Positions 54,680 through 63,245 of a stretch of 64,000 nt of DNA are shown here, piece by piece. The notes under the pieces are model-generated. The model was not told where the DNA came from and made no database searches. It was given only the letters and a program-made list of their open reading frames with translations. The DNA lies in NCBI GenBank assembly GCA_963825325.1, contig CAWGSU010000005.1, positions 119,736-183,735 of the forward strand, read 5' to 3'. Position 1 is the first letter of the stretch. Each line of letters starts with the position of its first letter. The stretch is from an uncultured Actinomycetes bacterium (lineage in GTDB: Bacteria; Actinomycetota; Thermoleophilia; Gaiellales; JAICJC01). The position numbers and the translations under genes are program-made.

Positions 54680-55942
54680 ATGGCGGAGACGGGCGCGTCC
54701 GGGGGCTACCGAGCACTGCTCCGGGTGCCGGGCTACCCGGCGCTGATCTCGGCGGTCGCGCTCTCGCGGCTGGCCAACTCGATGAGCCAGGTGGGCGTTG
54801 TCATCTACCTGCTCGAGGCGACGCACAGCCCGGCCATCGCGGGCGCGGGGGCGGCGGCGCAGCTCCTGCCCGGCATCCTCACCGGGCCGTTCGTCGGCGC
54901 CTGGCTCGACCGCACCCATGCGCGCGTGCGCGGCATCGTCGCCACCCAGCTCCTGCGGGCGACGCTGCTCTTCGCGGTCGTCGGCTGCGGCCAGCTCCTG
55001 CACGCGCCCGCCGCCGTGCTCCTGCTGCTGCTCGGCGGCCTGGGCGCGACCTTCCCGATCCCGACGGTCGGCTTCCGCTCCCTGATCCCGGTCGCCGTCC
55101 CGCGGCCGCTCTGGCATCAGGCCAACGCGGCCGACTCGATCTCGTTCGACTCGGCGTTCGTCATCGGTCCGGCGCTGGCCGGAGCAACGGTGACGCTGGT
55201 GGGCGCGACGTGGGCGATCGGCCTGCAGGGAGTGGCGACGCTCGTGGCCGGCGCCGTCGCCTCGCAGGTGCGGGAGCCCGGCGGGCGCGTGATCGAGACC
55301 GAGCCGCCGCTCGAGGCGGTGGTCGCCGGGCTGCGCGCCGTCGTCTCGCACACCCAGCTGCGCGCCACGATGGCGCTGATGGTCGTCTCCGGCCTCGGCT
55401 ACGGCTGCTTCATTATCGGCCTGCCGCTGTGGGCGCGCGGCACGCTGCACATGTCGGCCGGCGTGGCTGGGTGGATGTGGGCGGCGGCCTCGGTGGGCTC
55501 GGTGATCGGCGGGCTCGTCTACGGCTGGCGGCCGCCGCCGGGGACGCCCGCCCGCCACGTGGTCGTGTTCACGGCCCTGTTCGGGCTGCCGCTCCTGCTC
55601 GTGCCGCTCGTCGCCTCGCTCTGGCTCGGGATCGCGTGCATGTTCGTCTCGGGCCTGTGCTCGGCGCCGTTCATCATCGCGATGTTCTCCATTCGCCAGG
55701 GCGCGGTCGACACGCGCCTGCACGGCCGCATCTTCGCGATCACGGTGTCGGTCAACGCCGCCGGCACGCCCGCGGGCGCGTTCCTGGCCGGGCTGCTCGT
55801 GACCCACATCGGCGTGCACCGGCTGCTCTTCGGCGCCGGCCTGGGCCAGCTGCTGGCCGCGGCCGTGGCCGGGTTCCTGCTGCGGCAAGGCGACGACGTG
55901 CCCGCCCTCGGGCTGGCCGAGCCCGAGCAGGCGGCCGCCTAA
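54680..55942 (+). CDS. MFS transporter
   Basis: About 12 TM helices, 'GAWLDR' motif A-like; CATGAT-N7-ATG supports the 54680 start. Confidence 0.85.
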   Translation: MAETGASGGYRALLRVPGYPALISAVALSRLANSMSQVGVVIYLLEATHSPAIAGAGAAAQLLPGILTGPFVGAWLDRTHARVRGIVATQLLRATLLFAVVGCGQLLHAPAAVLLLLLGGLGATFPIPTVGFRSLIPVAVPRPLWHQANAADSISFDSAFVIGPALAGATVTLVGATWAIGLQGVATLVAGAVASQVREPGGRVIETEPPLEAVVAGLRAVVSHTQLRATMALMVVSGLGYGCFIIGLPLWARGTLHMSAGVAGWMWAAASVGSVIGGLVYGWRPPPGTPARHVVVFTALFGLPLLLVPLVASLWLGIACMFVSGLCSAPFIIAMFSIRQGAVDTRLHGRIFAITVSVNAAGTPAGAFLAGLLVTHIGVHRLLFGAGLGQLLAAAVAGFLLRQGDDVPALGLAEPEQAAA

Positions 55943-57138
55943 CCGCCCGCGACGACCGCGGTCAGCACCGCGATCGCGGCGGCCACGTCGGCCTCGGTGA
56001 CCGACTCGGCCGGGTTGTGGCTGATGCCGTCGCGGCAGCGCACGAAGAGCATCGCCACGGGCAGCACCTCGGCCATCACGGCCGCGTCGTGGCCGGCGCC
56101 GCTCGGAAGTGCCGGCGGATGAAGGCCAATTGACCGTGCTGCGGCGGCCAAGCGGCCGGCCAGTCTGCGGTCACAGGCGACCGAGCGCTCGTCGTGCACG
56201 ACTGCGATCGCCGCCTCGATCCCGCGCCGCTGCGACACCTCTTCGACGACCGCCCGGATGCCGGCGACGAGGTGGGCCTTGCGGGCGTCGTCAGGATGGC
56301 GGGCGTCCACCGACATCGTCACGCGGCCCGGGATCACGTTGGCGGCGCCGGGCGACACGGCGAGCTCCCCCACCGTCGCCACCGCCTCGCCGTCGTCGCG
56401 CGCCAGCCGCTCGGCCCCGAGCGCGATCGCGGCCGCTGCCGCGAGCGGGTCGCGGCGCAGCCGCATCGGCACCGTCCCGGCGTGCCCCGCGGTGCCGGTG
56501 AGCGTGATCGCGAGCTTCGTGCCGCCGGTGATCGCCGTCACGATGCCGAGCGGACTGCCGGCCACGTCGAGCACCGGCCCCTGCTCGATGTGCGGCTCGA
56601 TGTAGGCGACGGCGCCCGGGGGCGGGCCGGAGGCCGCGGGCGCCTGCGGGTTGCCGGCCAGGGCGATCGCCGAAGCGAGCGTCGCGCCCTCGGAGTCGGT
56701 CATCGCCGGGTCGGGCACGGGGCCGATACCGAGCAGGCCGCGGCTGGCGAAGTACGCCGTCGGGAAGCGCACGCCCTCCTCATCGCAGAACGCGATGACG
56801 GTGAGGTCGTGCGCGCGCTCGCGCTCGCGCAGCTCCTCGGCGCAGGCGATCCCGAGCAGGATCCCGAGCGTGCCGTCGTAGCGGCCGGCGTCGATCACCG
56901 TGTCGAAGTGCGACCCGATCATGATCGCGGGCCGCGGCGGGTCGCCGGCGAGCGTGCCGATCAGGTTCCCGACCCGGTCGACCCGGGTCGTGAGGCCTGC
57001 CCCGCGCATCCAGCCCTCGAGCAGGTCGCGGGCGGCGACGAGCGCCGGCGTGCCGTACCTGCGCGTGATCTCGCCCGGCCGCTCGCTGCAGGCGGCGAGC
57101 GCATCGGCCCGCTCCATCGTGCGCCGCGCCCCGGTCAC
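55939..57138 (-). CDS. M20 Zn-amidohydrolase (allantoate amidohydrolase / N-carbamoyl-amino-acid hydrolase)
   Basis: 'GSHFDTV..AGRYDG', 'DEEGVRF', 'EPHIEQG', 'GHAGTVPM', 'SGAGHDA', 'GISHNPAE'. Confidence 0.9.
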   Translation of the reverse strand: MTGARRTMERADALAACSERPGEITRRYGTPALVAARDLLEGWMRGAGLTTRVDRVGNLIGTLAGDPPRPAIMIGSHFDTVIDAGRYDGTLGILLGIACAEELRERERAHDLTVIAFCDEEGVRFPTAYFASRGLLGIGPVPDPAMTDSEGATLASAIALAGNPQAPAASGPPPGAVAYIEPHIEQGPVLDVAGSPLGIVTAITGGTKLAITLTGTAGHAGTVPMRLRRDPLAAAAAIALGAERLARDDGEAVATVGELAVSPGAANVIPGRVTMSVDARHPDDARKAHLVAGIRAVVEEVSQRRGIEAAIAVVHDERSVACDRRLAGRLAAAARSIGLHPPALPSGAGHDAAVMAEVLPVAMLFVRCRDGISHNPAESVTEADVAAAIAVLTAVVAGG

Positions 57139-58376
57139 GGCAGCGGCTCCCGGGTGGCTCCCCGCCGGGCGCGCCGAAAGCCGCCCCATGCCGCCGAGAG
57201 CGTGCGCGCCGGACCGGCCCGGTGCGCCGCCGCCAGGCCGCGGTAGCCGCGGATGCGCAGGCTGGGGCGCCCGGCCATCCGCACCCCGGCCGCACGCGCG
57301 TGGGCCGAGAGCTTGCGCGGATGGTGGTCGCGCTCGGTCGCATCGAGCTCCGCCACGGTGCACGCCGCGGTCTCGAGGTAGCCGGCGGCACGCGCCCGCT
57401 CGAGCAGCGCGCGGCCATTCCCTGTGCGGGCGATCAGGATGTTGCGGCCGTCGGCCTCGGCGTGGCTCGGCTTGCCGTCGACAAGCAGCCACCCGTCCGG
57501 GCACGACACGTCGGCCACCTCGCCGACGGCGTCGGGGCAGATCTTGCAGCGGAACTGCATGTCGTACTCCCACGGCACGCTCGGGTCATACCAGGCGGTG
57601 TCGTAGTCGACGTCGAACGTGCGCCCATCCCGGGCGCGCGTGCGCAGCGGCCCGGGCCAGCCGTCGCCGCGGTACGTGAAGAGCTCCACCTCGCCGGGCT
57701 CGATGCCGTGGCTGCGCACGATGCGCTCTGCCATGCGCAGGCTGGGCACACCGCCGCAGTAGGACGTCAGCAGCGCGGCGATCTGGGCGCGTGCCCGCGG
57801 GTCGCGGCGTTGGAGCGCCCGCACCGCCGAGATGTCGCAGGGCTTGGCGACGACGGCGAAGCGGGCGCCGTCCGCGAGCAGGCGGTGCACGTGCACGAGC
57901 GGCGCGGCCGGGCCGTAGCGCGACTGCGCCCCCGCGAGCACGTCGGCGCGCGTCCGAGACACCTGCGCCACCGACTCGAGCGGCCGGTCGGGCAGTGCCG
58001 CGCGCACGTGCAGCACCGCGTCGACGTCGTCGCGCTCGAGTAGATACAGGGCGAGCGCCGAGAGCACCCCGCCGGCCGCGCCGTGGTGGCGCACCTCGGG
58101 ATCGGCCGCCCACCCGCGCGCGAGCGCGGCGATCGGCCCCCACACGGGGTGCACCGCCACGCCCGTCTCGGGATCGGGGCCGCGCACCTCGACGCCGGGG
58201 CACACCGCGAGCGCCTCGGCCAGCACCGGGCCGGGCAGGCGCCCGGTGACCGCCGGGCGCAGCTGGCCGATCGCCGTCACCGTCATCTGCACCCGGTCGC
58301 GGCCGACCACGCTCTCGCACATGCCGCAGCCGCTGCAGAGGCCGTTTGCGACCACCGTCTCGAGCCGGCGGATCAC
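57135..58376 (-). CDS. FrhB/FdhB-family (F420 hydrogenase beta-like) Fe-S flavoprotein
   Basis: 'CSGCGMC...CPG', 'GGVLSAL', 'KPCD', 'YCGG', 'RCKICPD...ADVSCPDGW'. Confidence 0.8.
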   Translation of the reverse strand: MIRRLETVVANGLCSGCGMCESVVGRDRVQMTVTAIGQLRPAVTGRLPGPVLAEALAVCPGVEVRGPDPETGVAVHPVWGPIAALARGWAADPEVRHHGAAGGVLSALALYLLERDDVDAVLHVRAALPDRPLESVAQVSRTRADVLAGAQSRYGPAAPLVHVHRLLADGARFAVVAKPCDISAVRALQRRDPRARAQIAALLTSYCGGVPSLRMAERIVRSHGIEPGEVELFTYRGDGWPGPLRTRARDGRTFDVDYDTAWYDPSVPWEYDMQFRCKICPDAVGEVADVSCPDGWLLVDGKPSHAEADGRNILIARTGNGRALLERARAAGYLETAACTVAELDATERDHHPRKLSAHARAAGVRMAGRPSLRIRGYRGLAAAHRAGPARTLSAAWGGFRRARRGATREPLP

Positions 58377-59500
58377 GCCGTGCCGGGCCGCAGCGCGGCG
58401 ACGATCTCCCGGGCGGCGGTGCGCATGAGCTCGGCGGGCGCCATCGTCACGCGAGCGTAGCCGGGCAGGCCCACCGAGGCCCCGCCGCGGATCAGGAGCC
58501 CCTTGGACAGCAGCCGCTCGCACACCGGGCCGTCGTCGACGCCGAGGTGGATGAGCACGAAGTTCGCCTGCGAGTCGACCACGTCGATCTCTGCGGGTGC
58601 GAGCGCATCCGCGAAGATCGCGCGCGCCTCGGCGACCTCGCGCCGGCGGCGGGGGACGAATCCGGGCGAGCGCACGGCGGCGCGGCCGGCGGCGAGCGCG
58701 ACCCGATTCACGTTGAACGGCTCCTGCACGACGTTCAGGAGGGCGGTGACGGCCGGGTCGGCCACCGCGTATCCCAGCCGCAGCCCGGCGAGGCCGAAGA
58801 TCTTCGAGCACGACCGGATCACGATCACGGGGCGCCCGGCCAGCACATCGCGCTCGCGGTGGACGCGCACGTCGGGGTCGGAGAAGTCGATGTAGGCCTC
58901 GTCGACCACCGCCACGCATCCGCCGGGGAGGGCGGCCAGGAAGCCCTCCCACTCGTCGCGTCCGACGAGCAGCCCGGTCGGGTTGTTGGGGTCGCACAGC
59001 CACACGAGCCGCGCCGCCGTCGCCCGCGCCGCCGCGGCGATCGCTTCGAGGTCGAAGCGCAGGCCGTCCGCGGGCACGCGGGTGATCGCGGCGCCCGCGG
59101 CGGCGCACACCTGGGCGTACAGCCCGTAGGTCGGCTGCGGGATCACCACCGGCGTGCCTGGGTCGACGAAGGCCGCGGCGAGCGCGCCGATCACGGCCTG
59201 GGCGCCGTGTGCGGGCACGACGCAGGCGGGCGGCACCCCGATCCACTCGGCGACGGCGGCGCGGAAGTCGGCGTACGCGCGCTCGGGGTAGAGCGCCGCC
59301 CGGCCGAGCTCGGCGGCGGCCGCGTCGAGCACGTGCTGCGGCGGCCCGAAAAGGTCCTCGTTCCAGTTGAGTGGCACGAGGTCGGCGAGGCCGAGCCGGT
59401 CGGCGAGCTCGTCGCGGGTCTCACCGGGGTCGTACGGGTCCAGGCCGCGCAGGGATGGCCGCGCGAGCGCCGCCCAGTCGACCGGCAGCTCGGGCGGCAT
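58373..59500 (-). CDS. HisC-like PLP aminotransferase (class I/II)
   Basis: 'LNWNED', 'CDPNNPTG', 'DEAY', 'RSCSKIFGLAGLRLGY'. Confidence 0.88.
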   Translation of the reverse strand: MPPELPVDWAALARPSLRGLDPYDPGETRDELADRLGLADLVPLNWNEDLFGPPQHVLDAAAAELGRAALYPERAYADFRAAVAEWIGVPPACVVPAHGAQAVIGALAAAFVDPGTPVVIPQPTYGLYAQVCAAAGAAITRVPADGLRFDLEAIAAAARATAARLVWLCDPNNPTGLLVGRDEWEGFLAALPGGCVAVVDEAYIDFSDPDVRVHRERDVLAGRPVIVIRSCSKIFGLAGLRLGYAVADPAVTALLNVVQEPFNVNRVALAAGRAAVRSPGFVPRRRREVAEARAIFADALAPAEIDVVDSQANFVLIHLGVDDGPVCERLLSKGLLIRGGASVGLPGYARVTMAPAELMRTAAREIVAALRPGTA

Positions 59501-60280
59501 CAGCTGAGCAGGCCGCGGGCGAGGCCGCCGTCGACCAGCATCGTGGTGCCGTTCACGTACGCGGCTCCCGTCGAGCACAGGAACGCCACCGCGGCGGCGA
59601 TCTCGGCCGGCGTGCCGAACCGTCCGGCCGGGATCGTCTCGGCGTCGCGCCGCATGGCAGCCTGCGGATCTGCCTCGGACGAGTACAGCTGGACGAGCCG
59701 CTCCGTGCCGATGTAGCCGGGCGCGAGCGAGTTCACCGTGATGCCGTGGCGGGCCTCGTCGCGCGAGATCGTCTTCGCCCATCCGATCACGCCGGGCCGG
59801 AACACGTTCGAGAGCAGGAGGCCGTCGTTCGTCTCCTTGACCGCCGAGGAGGTCAGGTTCACGATCCGGCCGCGGCCACTCCGGCGCAGCGCAGGCAGGG
59901 CGCGGCGGGTGAGGCGGATCGCCGAGGCGAGCGTGAGCTCGTAGGCCCGCTGCCAGTCGGCATCGGCGAAGTCCTCGTAGCTTCCGGCGGGCGGCCCGCC
60001 GGCGTTGTTCACGACGATGTCGAGGCGGCCGAAGCGTTCGAGCGTCCGGTCGACGACGCGCTCGAGCGCCGCCGGGTCGGTCGCGTCGGCGGGCACCGCG
60101 ACCGCCTCCGTCCCCGTCTCCGCCGTGATTGCGGCGGCGACCTCGGCGAGCAGGTCGGCGCGCCGCGCGAACATCACGACCCGGCAGCCCTCGCCCGCCA
60201 GGGCGCGCGCGACCGCTGCGCCCATGCCCGACGACGCCCCGCCGACGACTGCAACCGTGCCCGTCAAATTCGTAGTCCAC
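59500..60280 (-). CDS. SDR oxidoreductase, possibly frameshifted at the 5' end
   Basis: 'GGASSGMG', 'NNAGGPP', 'SNVFR', 'PGYIGTER', 'VDGG'; the RBS-supported GTG (60280) is one base out of frame, in-frame TTG at 60267. Confidence 0.82.
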
Positions 60281-60338
60281 GTACCGACCTCCGTCACAAC
60301 GATTATGATGCACGCAGTAAAGCAGGGGAGAAGGAACG

Positions 60339-60992
60339 CTGTCAACGGACGAGAGCACCCGGCCCACCCACCGCGCGGGACGCCGCTTCGATGAGATCGC
60401 GGGCGCGGCGCGGCGCGTGATCGTCCGCGAGGGCCTCGAATCGACCACGCTGCGCGACATCTCGCGCGAGGGCGGGTTCACGACCGGCGTGCTCATGCAC
60501 TACTTCCCCGACAAGCAGGCGCTGATCGCCGGCACGTTCGCGGCCACCTCGCGCGAATGGATCGAGCACGCCCGCGCCGCGCTGGCCGAGGCGGCGACCG
60601 TGCCGCAGCTGCTCTCGGCGTTCGTCGCCGTGGCGGTGCCGCGCGAGCCCGAGCGGCGGGAGGAGTGGCGGCTTTGGGCCGAGATGTGGACGTACGCGGG
60701 CCGCGACCGCGACTTCGAGGCCGAGCTCGAGGCGGCCGATGCGCTGTGGGAGCGCGAGATCCACGCGATGCTGCGGCGCGTCCGCGACGAGGGCTTCCTG
60801 CCCGCCGGCCTCGATCTGGAGATGGAGGCGGCGGTACTCGCCCGCCTCGTCGACGGCCTGGGGCTGCGGGCGTGGCTGAGCGGGTCGTGGGAGCAGGCGC
60901 GCCGCCTGCTGATCGGCCACCTGGCGTCGCTCGGCCTGCCGCTGCGCGTGGTCGCCGGCCTCGCCGCCGAGGGGGCCGGGGTGCCCGCGTGA
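60339..60992 (+). CDS. TetR-family regulator (probable CTG start)
   Basis: 'FDEIAGAARRVIVREG...TTLRDISREGGFTTGVLMHYFPDK'; only CTG (60339) lies between the TAA at 60318 and helix 1; GGAG/AAGGA upstream. Confidence 0.85.
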   Translation: MSTDESTRPTHRAGRRFDEIAGAARRVIVREGLESTTLRDISREGGFTTGVLMHYFPDKQALIAGTFAATSREWIEHARAALAEAATVPQLLSAFVAVAVPREPERREEWRLWAEMWTYAGRDRDFEAELEAADALWEREIHAMLRRVRDEGFLPAGLDLEMEAAVLARLVDGLGLRAWLSGSWEQARRLLIGHLASLGLPLRVVAGLAAEGAGVPA

Positions 60993-62377
60993 GCGGTCCG
61001 CGCACGGCCGTGGTCGGCGGAGTCGTCGCGGCCGACTACGGCGTCTTCGCCGCCGACATCCTGATCGCCGGCGGCCGCATCGCCGCGGTGGGGCGCGACC
61101 CCGAGATCGCCCGCGGCGCCGACGAGGTGATCGACGCGTCGGGCCTCGTGGTGCTGCCCGGCGCGATCGACCCGCACGCCCACTTCGAGGACCCCGGCCA
61201 CACCGAGCGCGAGGACTTCACCACCGGCACGAGCGCCGCCGCGGCGGGCGGGATCACGACCGTGATCGAGCACCCGCTCACCTACCCGCCGGTCACCACC
61301 GCCGAGCTCTACCGCGCGAAGCGCGACATGGCCGCCCGCAAGGTCGTGGTCGACTTCGGCCTGTGGGGGGCGCTGTGCGCGCCGGCGCTGCCCGAGATGG
61401 CCGCCCAGTGGCAGGAGGGCGCATTCGGGTTCAAGGCCTTCATGCCGTTCTCGGAGCCGGCCTACCCGCATGTGACCGACGCCGAGTTCGTGCAAGGGAT
61501 GCGAAACGCGAAGGAGCTCGGCGCGCTCGTGCTCGTCCACGCCGAGTCCGACTCGCTCCTGCAGGACGGCCTCGAGCGTATGCGCCTGGCCGGGCGGCGC
61601 GACCCGCTCGCCCACCACGAGTCGCGGCCGGCGTTCGTCGAGGAGGAGGCCGTGCACCGGGCGCTCTACCTGGCCGAGCACGTCGGCGTGCGGATCCAGA
61701 TCGTGCACACGTCAACGCCCGTCAGCGTCGACCTGGTCGCCGCCGCTCGCCGCCGCGGCCTGCAGGCGACCGCCGAGGTGTGCCCGCACCATCTGCTGCT
61801 CGACCTCGACGATCTGGTGCGGCTGGGCCCATACGGCCGCTGCGCCCCGGCGCTGCGTCCGCGCGCGCTCGTCGAGGCGATGTGGGCGCGCGTGCTCGAC
61901 GGCTCGCTCGACTCCCTCGTGTCCGATCACTGCGCCTACACGATCGAGGAGAAGGAGCCGGGCTGGGCTGACATCTTCGCCGCGCCGCTCGGCTGTCAGG
62001 TGATGCAGGAGACGGTGCCGCTCGTGCTGGACGAGGCCTATCATCGGCGCGGCATGGCGCTCGACGCGTTCGCCCGTTTCAGCGCCACGAACGCCGCGCG
62101 CACGATCGGCCTCTATCCTCGCAAGGGCACGATCCTGCCCGGCTCAGACGCCGACCTCGCCCTGTATGACCTGCGCGCCGAGTGGACCGTCGACGCGCGC
62201 AGCCAGCAGCTCTCCAAGAACCCGTGGTCGCCGTTTGACGGCCGCACGAGCCGCGCCCGCTGCGTGCGCACGCTCGTGCGCGGCGTCACCGTCCATCGCG
62301 ACGGCGAGATCGTCACAGCGCCCGGGAGCGGCCGGTTCCTGTCAGTCCACGACGACTACGCCGCGGCGCCCGTGTGA
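60989..62377 (+). CDS. Cyclic amidohydrolase (allantoinase/hydantoinase/dihydroorotase family)
   Basis: 'PGAIDPHAH', 'AAAAGGITT', 'GFKAFM', 'VHAE', 'EVCPHHL', 'SDHC', 'GSDADL'. Confidence 0.9.
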   Translation: MSGPRTAVVGGVVAADYGVFAADILIAGGRIAAVGRDPEIARGADEVIDASGLVVLPGAIDPHAHFEDPGHTEREDFTTGTSAAAAGGITTVIEHPLTYPPVTTAELYRAKRDMAARKVVVDFGLWGALCAPALPEMAAQWQEGAFGFKAFMPFSEPAYPHVTDAEFVQGMRNAKELGALVLVHAESDSLLQDGLERMRLAGRRDPLAHHESRPAFVEEEAVHRALYLAEHVGVRIQIVHTSTPVSVDLVAAARRRGLQATAEVCPHHLLLDLDDLVRLGPYGRCAPALRPRALVEAMWARVLDGSLDSLVSDHCAYTIEEKEPGWADIFAAPLGCQVMQETVPLVLDEAYHRRGMALDAFARFSATNAARTIGLYPRKGTILPGSDADLALYDLRAEWTVDARSQQLSKNPWSPFDGRTSRARCVRTLVRGVTVHRDGEIVTAPGSGRFLSVHDDYAAAPV

Positions 62378-63105
62378 GCTTCCGTCTCGGCCTCCTGAAC
62401 CCGAACACCGACCGCGGCCATACCGACGCGATGGCCGGGGTCGCGCGGGCGAGCCTGCCGCCCGGCTGCGAGATCACGGCCGTCACGGCCGCGCGCGGGC
62501 CGGCCTCGATCGAGAGCGCCGCCGACGCCGCCGTGGCGATCGGCGAGGTGGCGGCGATGATGCTCGCGCATCGCGGCCTCGACGGCTACCTGATCGCCTG
62601 CTTCGGCGACCCCGGCCTCGATGCCGCCCGCGAGCTGACGACGGCGCCTGTGGTCGGCATCGGCGAGGCCGCGTTCACCGCCGCGTGCATGGTGGCGGGC
62701 CGGTTTGCCGTGATCACCACGCTGCGCCGCGGCATCCCGGAGCTCGAGGACATGCTCGAGCATCGCGGCATCGGCCGCCGCTGCGCCGGCGTCCTTGCGC
62801 TCGACATCCCCGTGGCCGAGCAGGGCGCCGGGCACCCCGAAACGACCGCGGCCATCGTCGCCGCCTCGCAGCGGGCCGTCGCGGAGCGGTCGGCCGAGGC
62901 CCTGATCCTGGCGTGCGGCGGGATGGCCGACGTCGCCCGGGCCGTGCAGGACGCGGTCGGCGTGCCGGTGTGCGACGGCGTCGGCTTCGGCGCGCTGCTC
63001 GCCTACGGCCTTTGGCGCACCGGCATCGTGACGAGCAAGACCGGCACGTATGCCGCGCCCGAGCCGATCCCCTACACGGGCATGCCGAGCCCCACCGGTG
63101 CCTGA
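62374..63105 (+). CDS. Asp/Glu/hydantoin racemase family protein
   Basis: 'LNPNT', 'IACFGDPG', 'PVVGIGEAA', 'ILACGGM', 'PVCDGV'. Confidence 0.9.
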   Translation: MSFRLGLLNPNTDRGHTDAMAGVARASLPPGCEITAVTAARGPASIESAADAAVAIGEVAAMMLAHRGLDGYLIACFGDPGLDAARELTTAPVVGIGEAAFTAACMVAGRFAVITTLRRGIPELEDMLEHRGIGRRCAGVLALDIPVAEQGAGHPETTAAIVAASQRAVAERSAEALILACGGMADVARAVQDAVGVPVCDGVGFGALLAYGLWRTGIVTSKTGTYAAPEPIPYTGMPSPTGA

Positions 63106-63172
63106 ACGGAGGCCGCAGGGCAGGTATCTCGACCGGAGTGGCCGTCCTCGCCCGGCGCGTATGCCATGCTAC

Positions 63173-63180
63173 GGTATACC
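63173..63180. promoter_or_regulatory. Short palindrome GGTATACC, possible GntR/FadR-type site
   Basis: 8-bp palindrome in an AT-richer stretch upstream of the TPP enzyme; short enough to be chance. Confidence 0.25.
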
Positions 63181-63245
63181 AATCGGCCCGCGGAGCCGCG
63201 GGGCCGGTGTGCGCGACACCTCGAGGTGCAAGCTTGGAACGTCAG

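Noticed and set aside
60303-60320. TTATGATGCACGCAGTAA as a TetR operator
   Set aside because: Position is plausible but the symmetry is too imperfect to call from sequence alone.
58373-60496. Apparent 707-aa fusion upstream of the HisC-like aminotransferase
   Set aside because: The extension is an alternative frame of the SDR gene; the aminotransferase starts at the TGATG overlap (59500).
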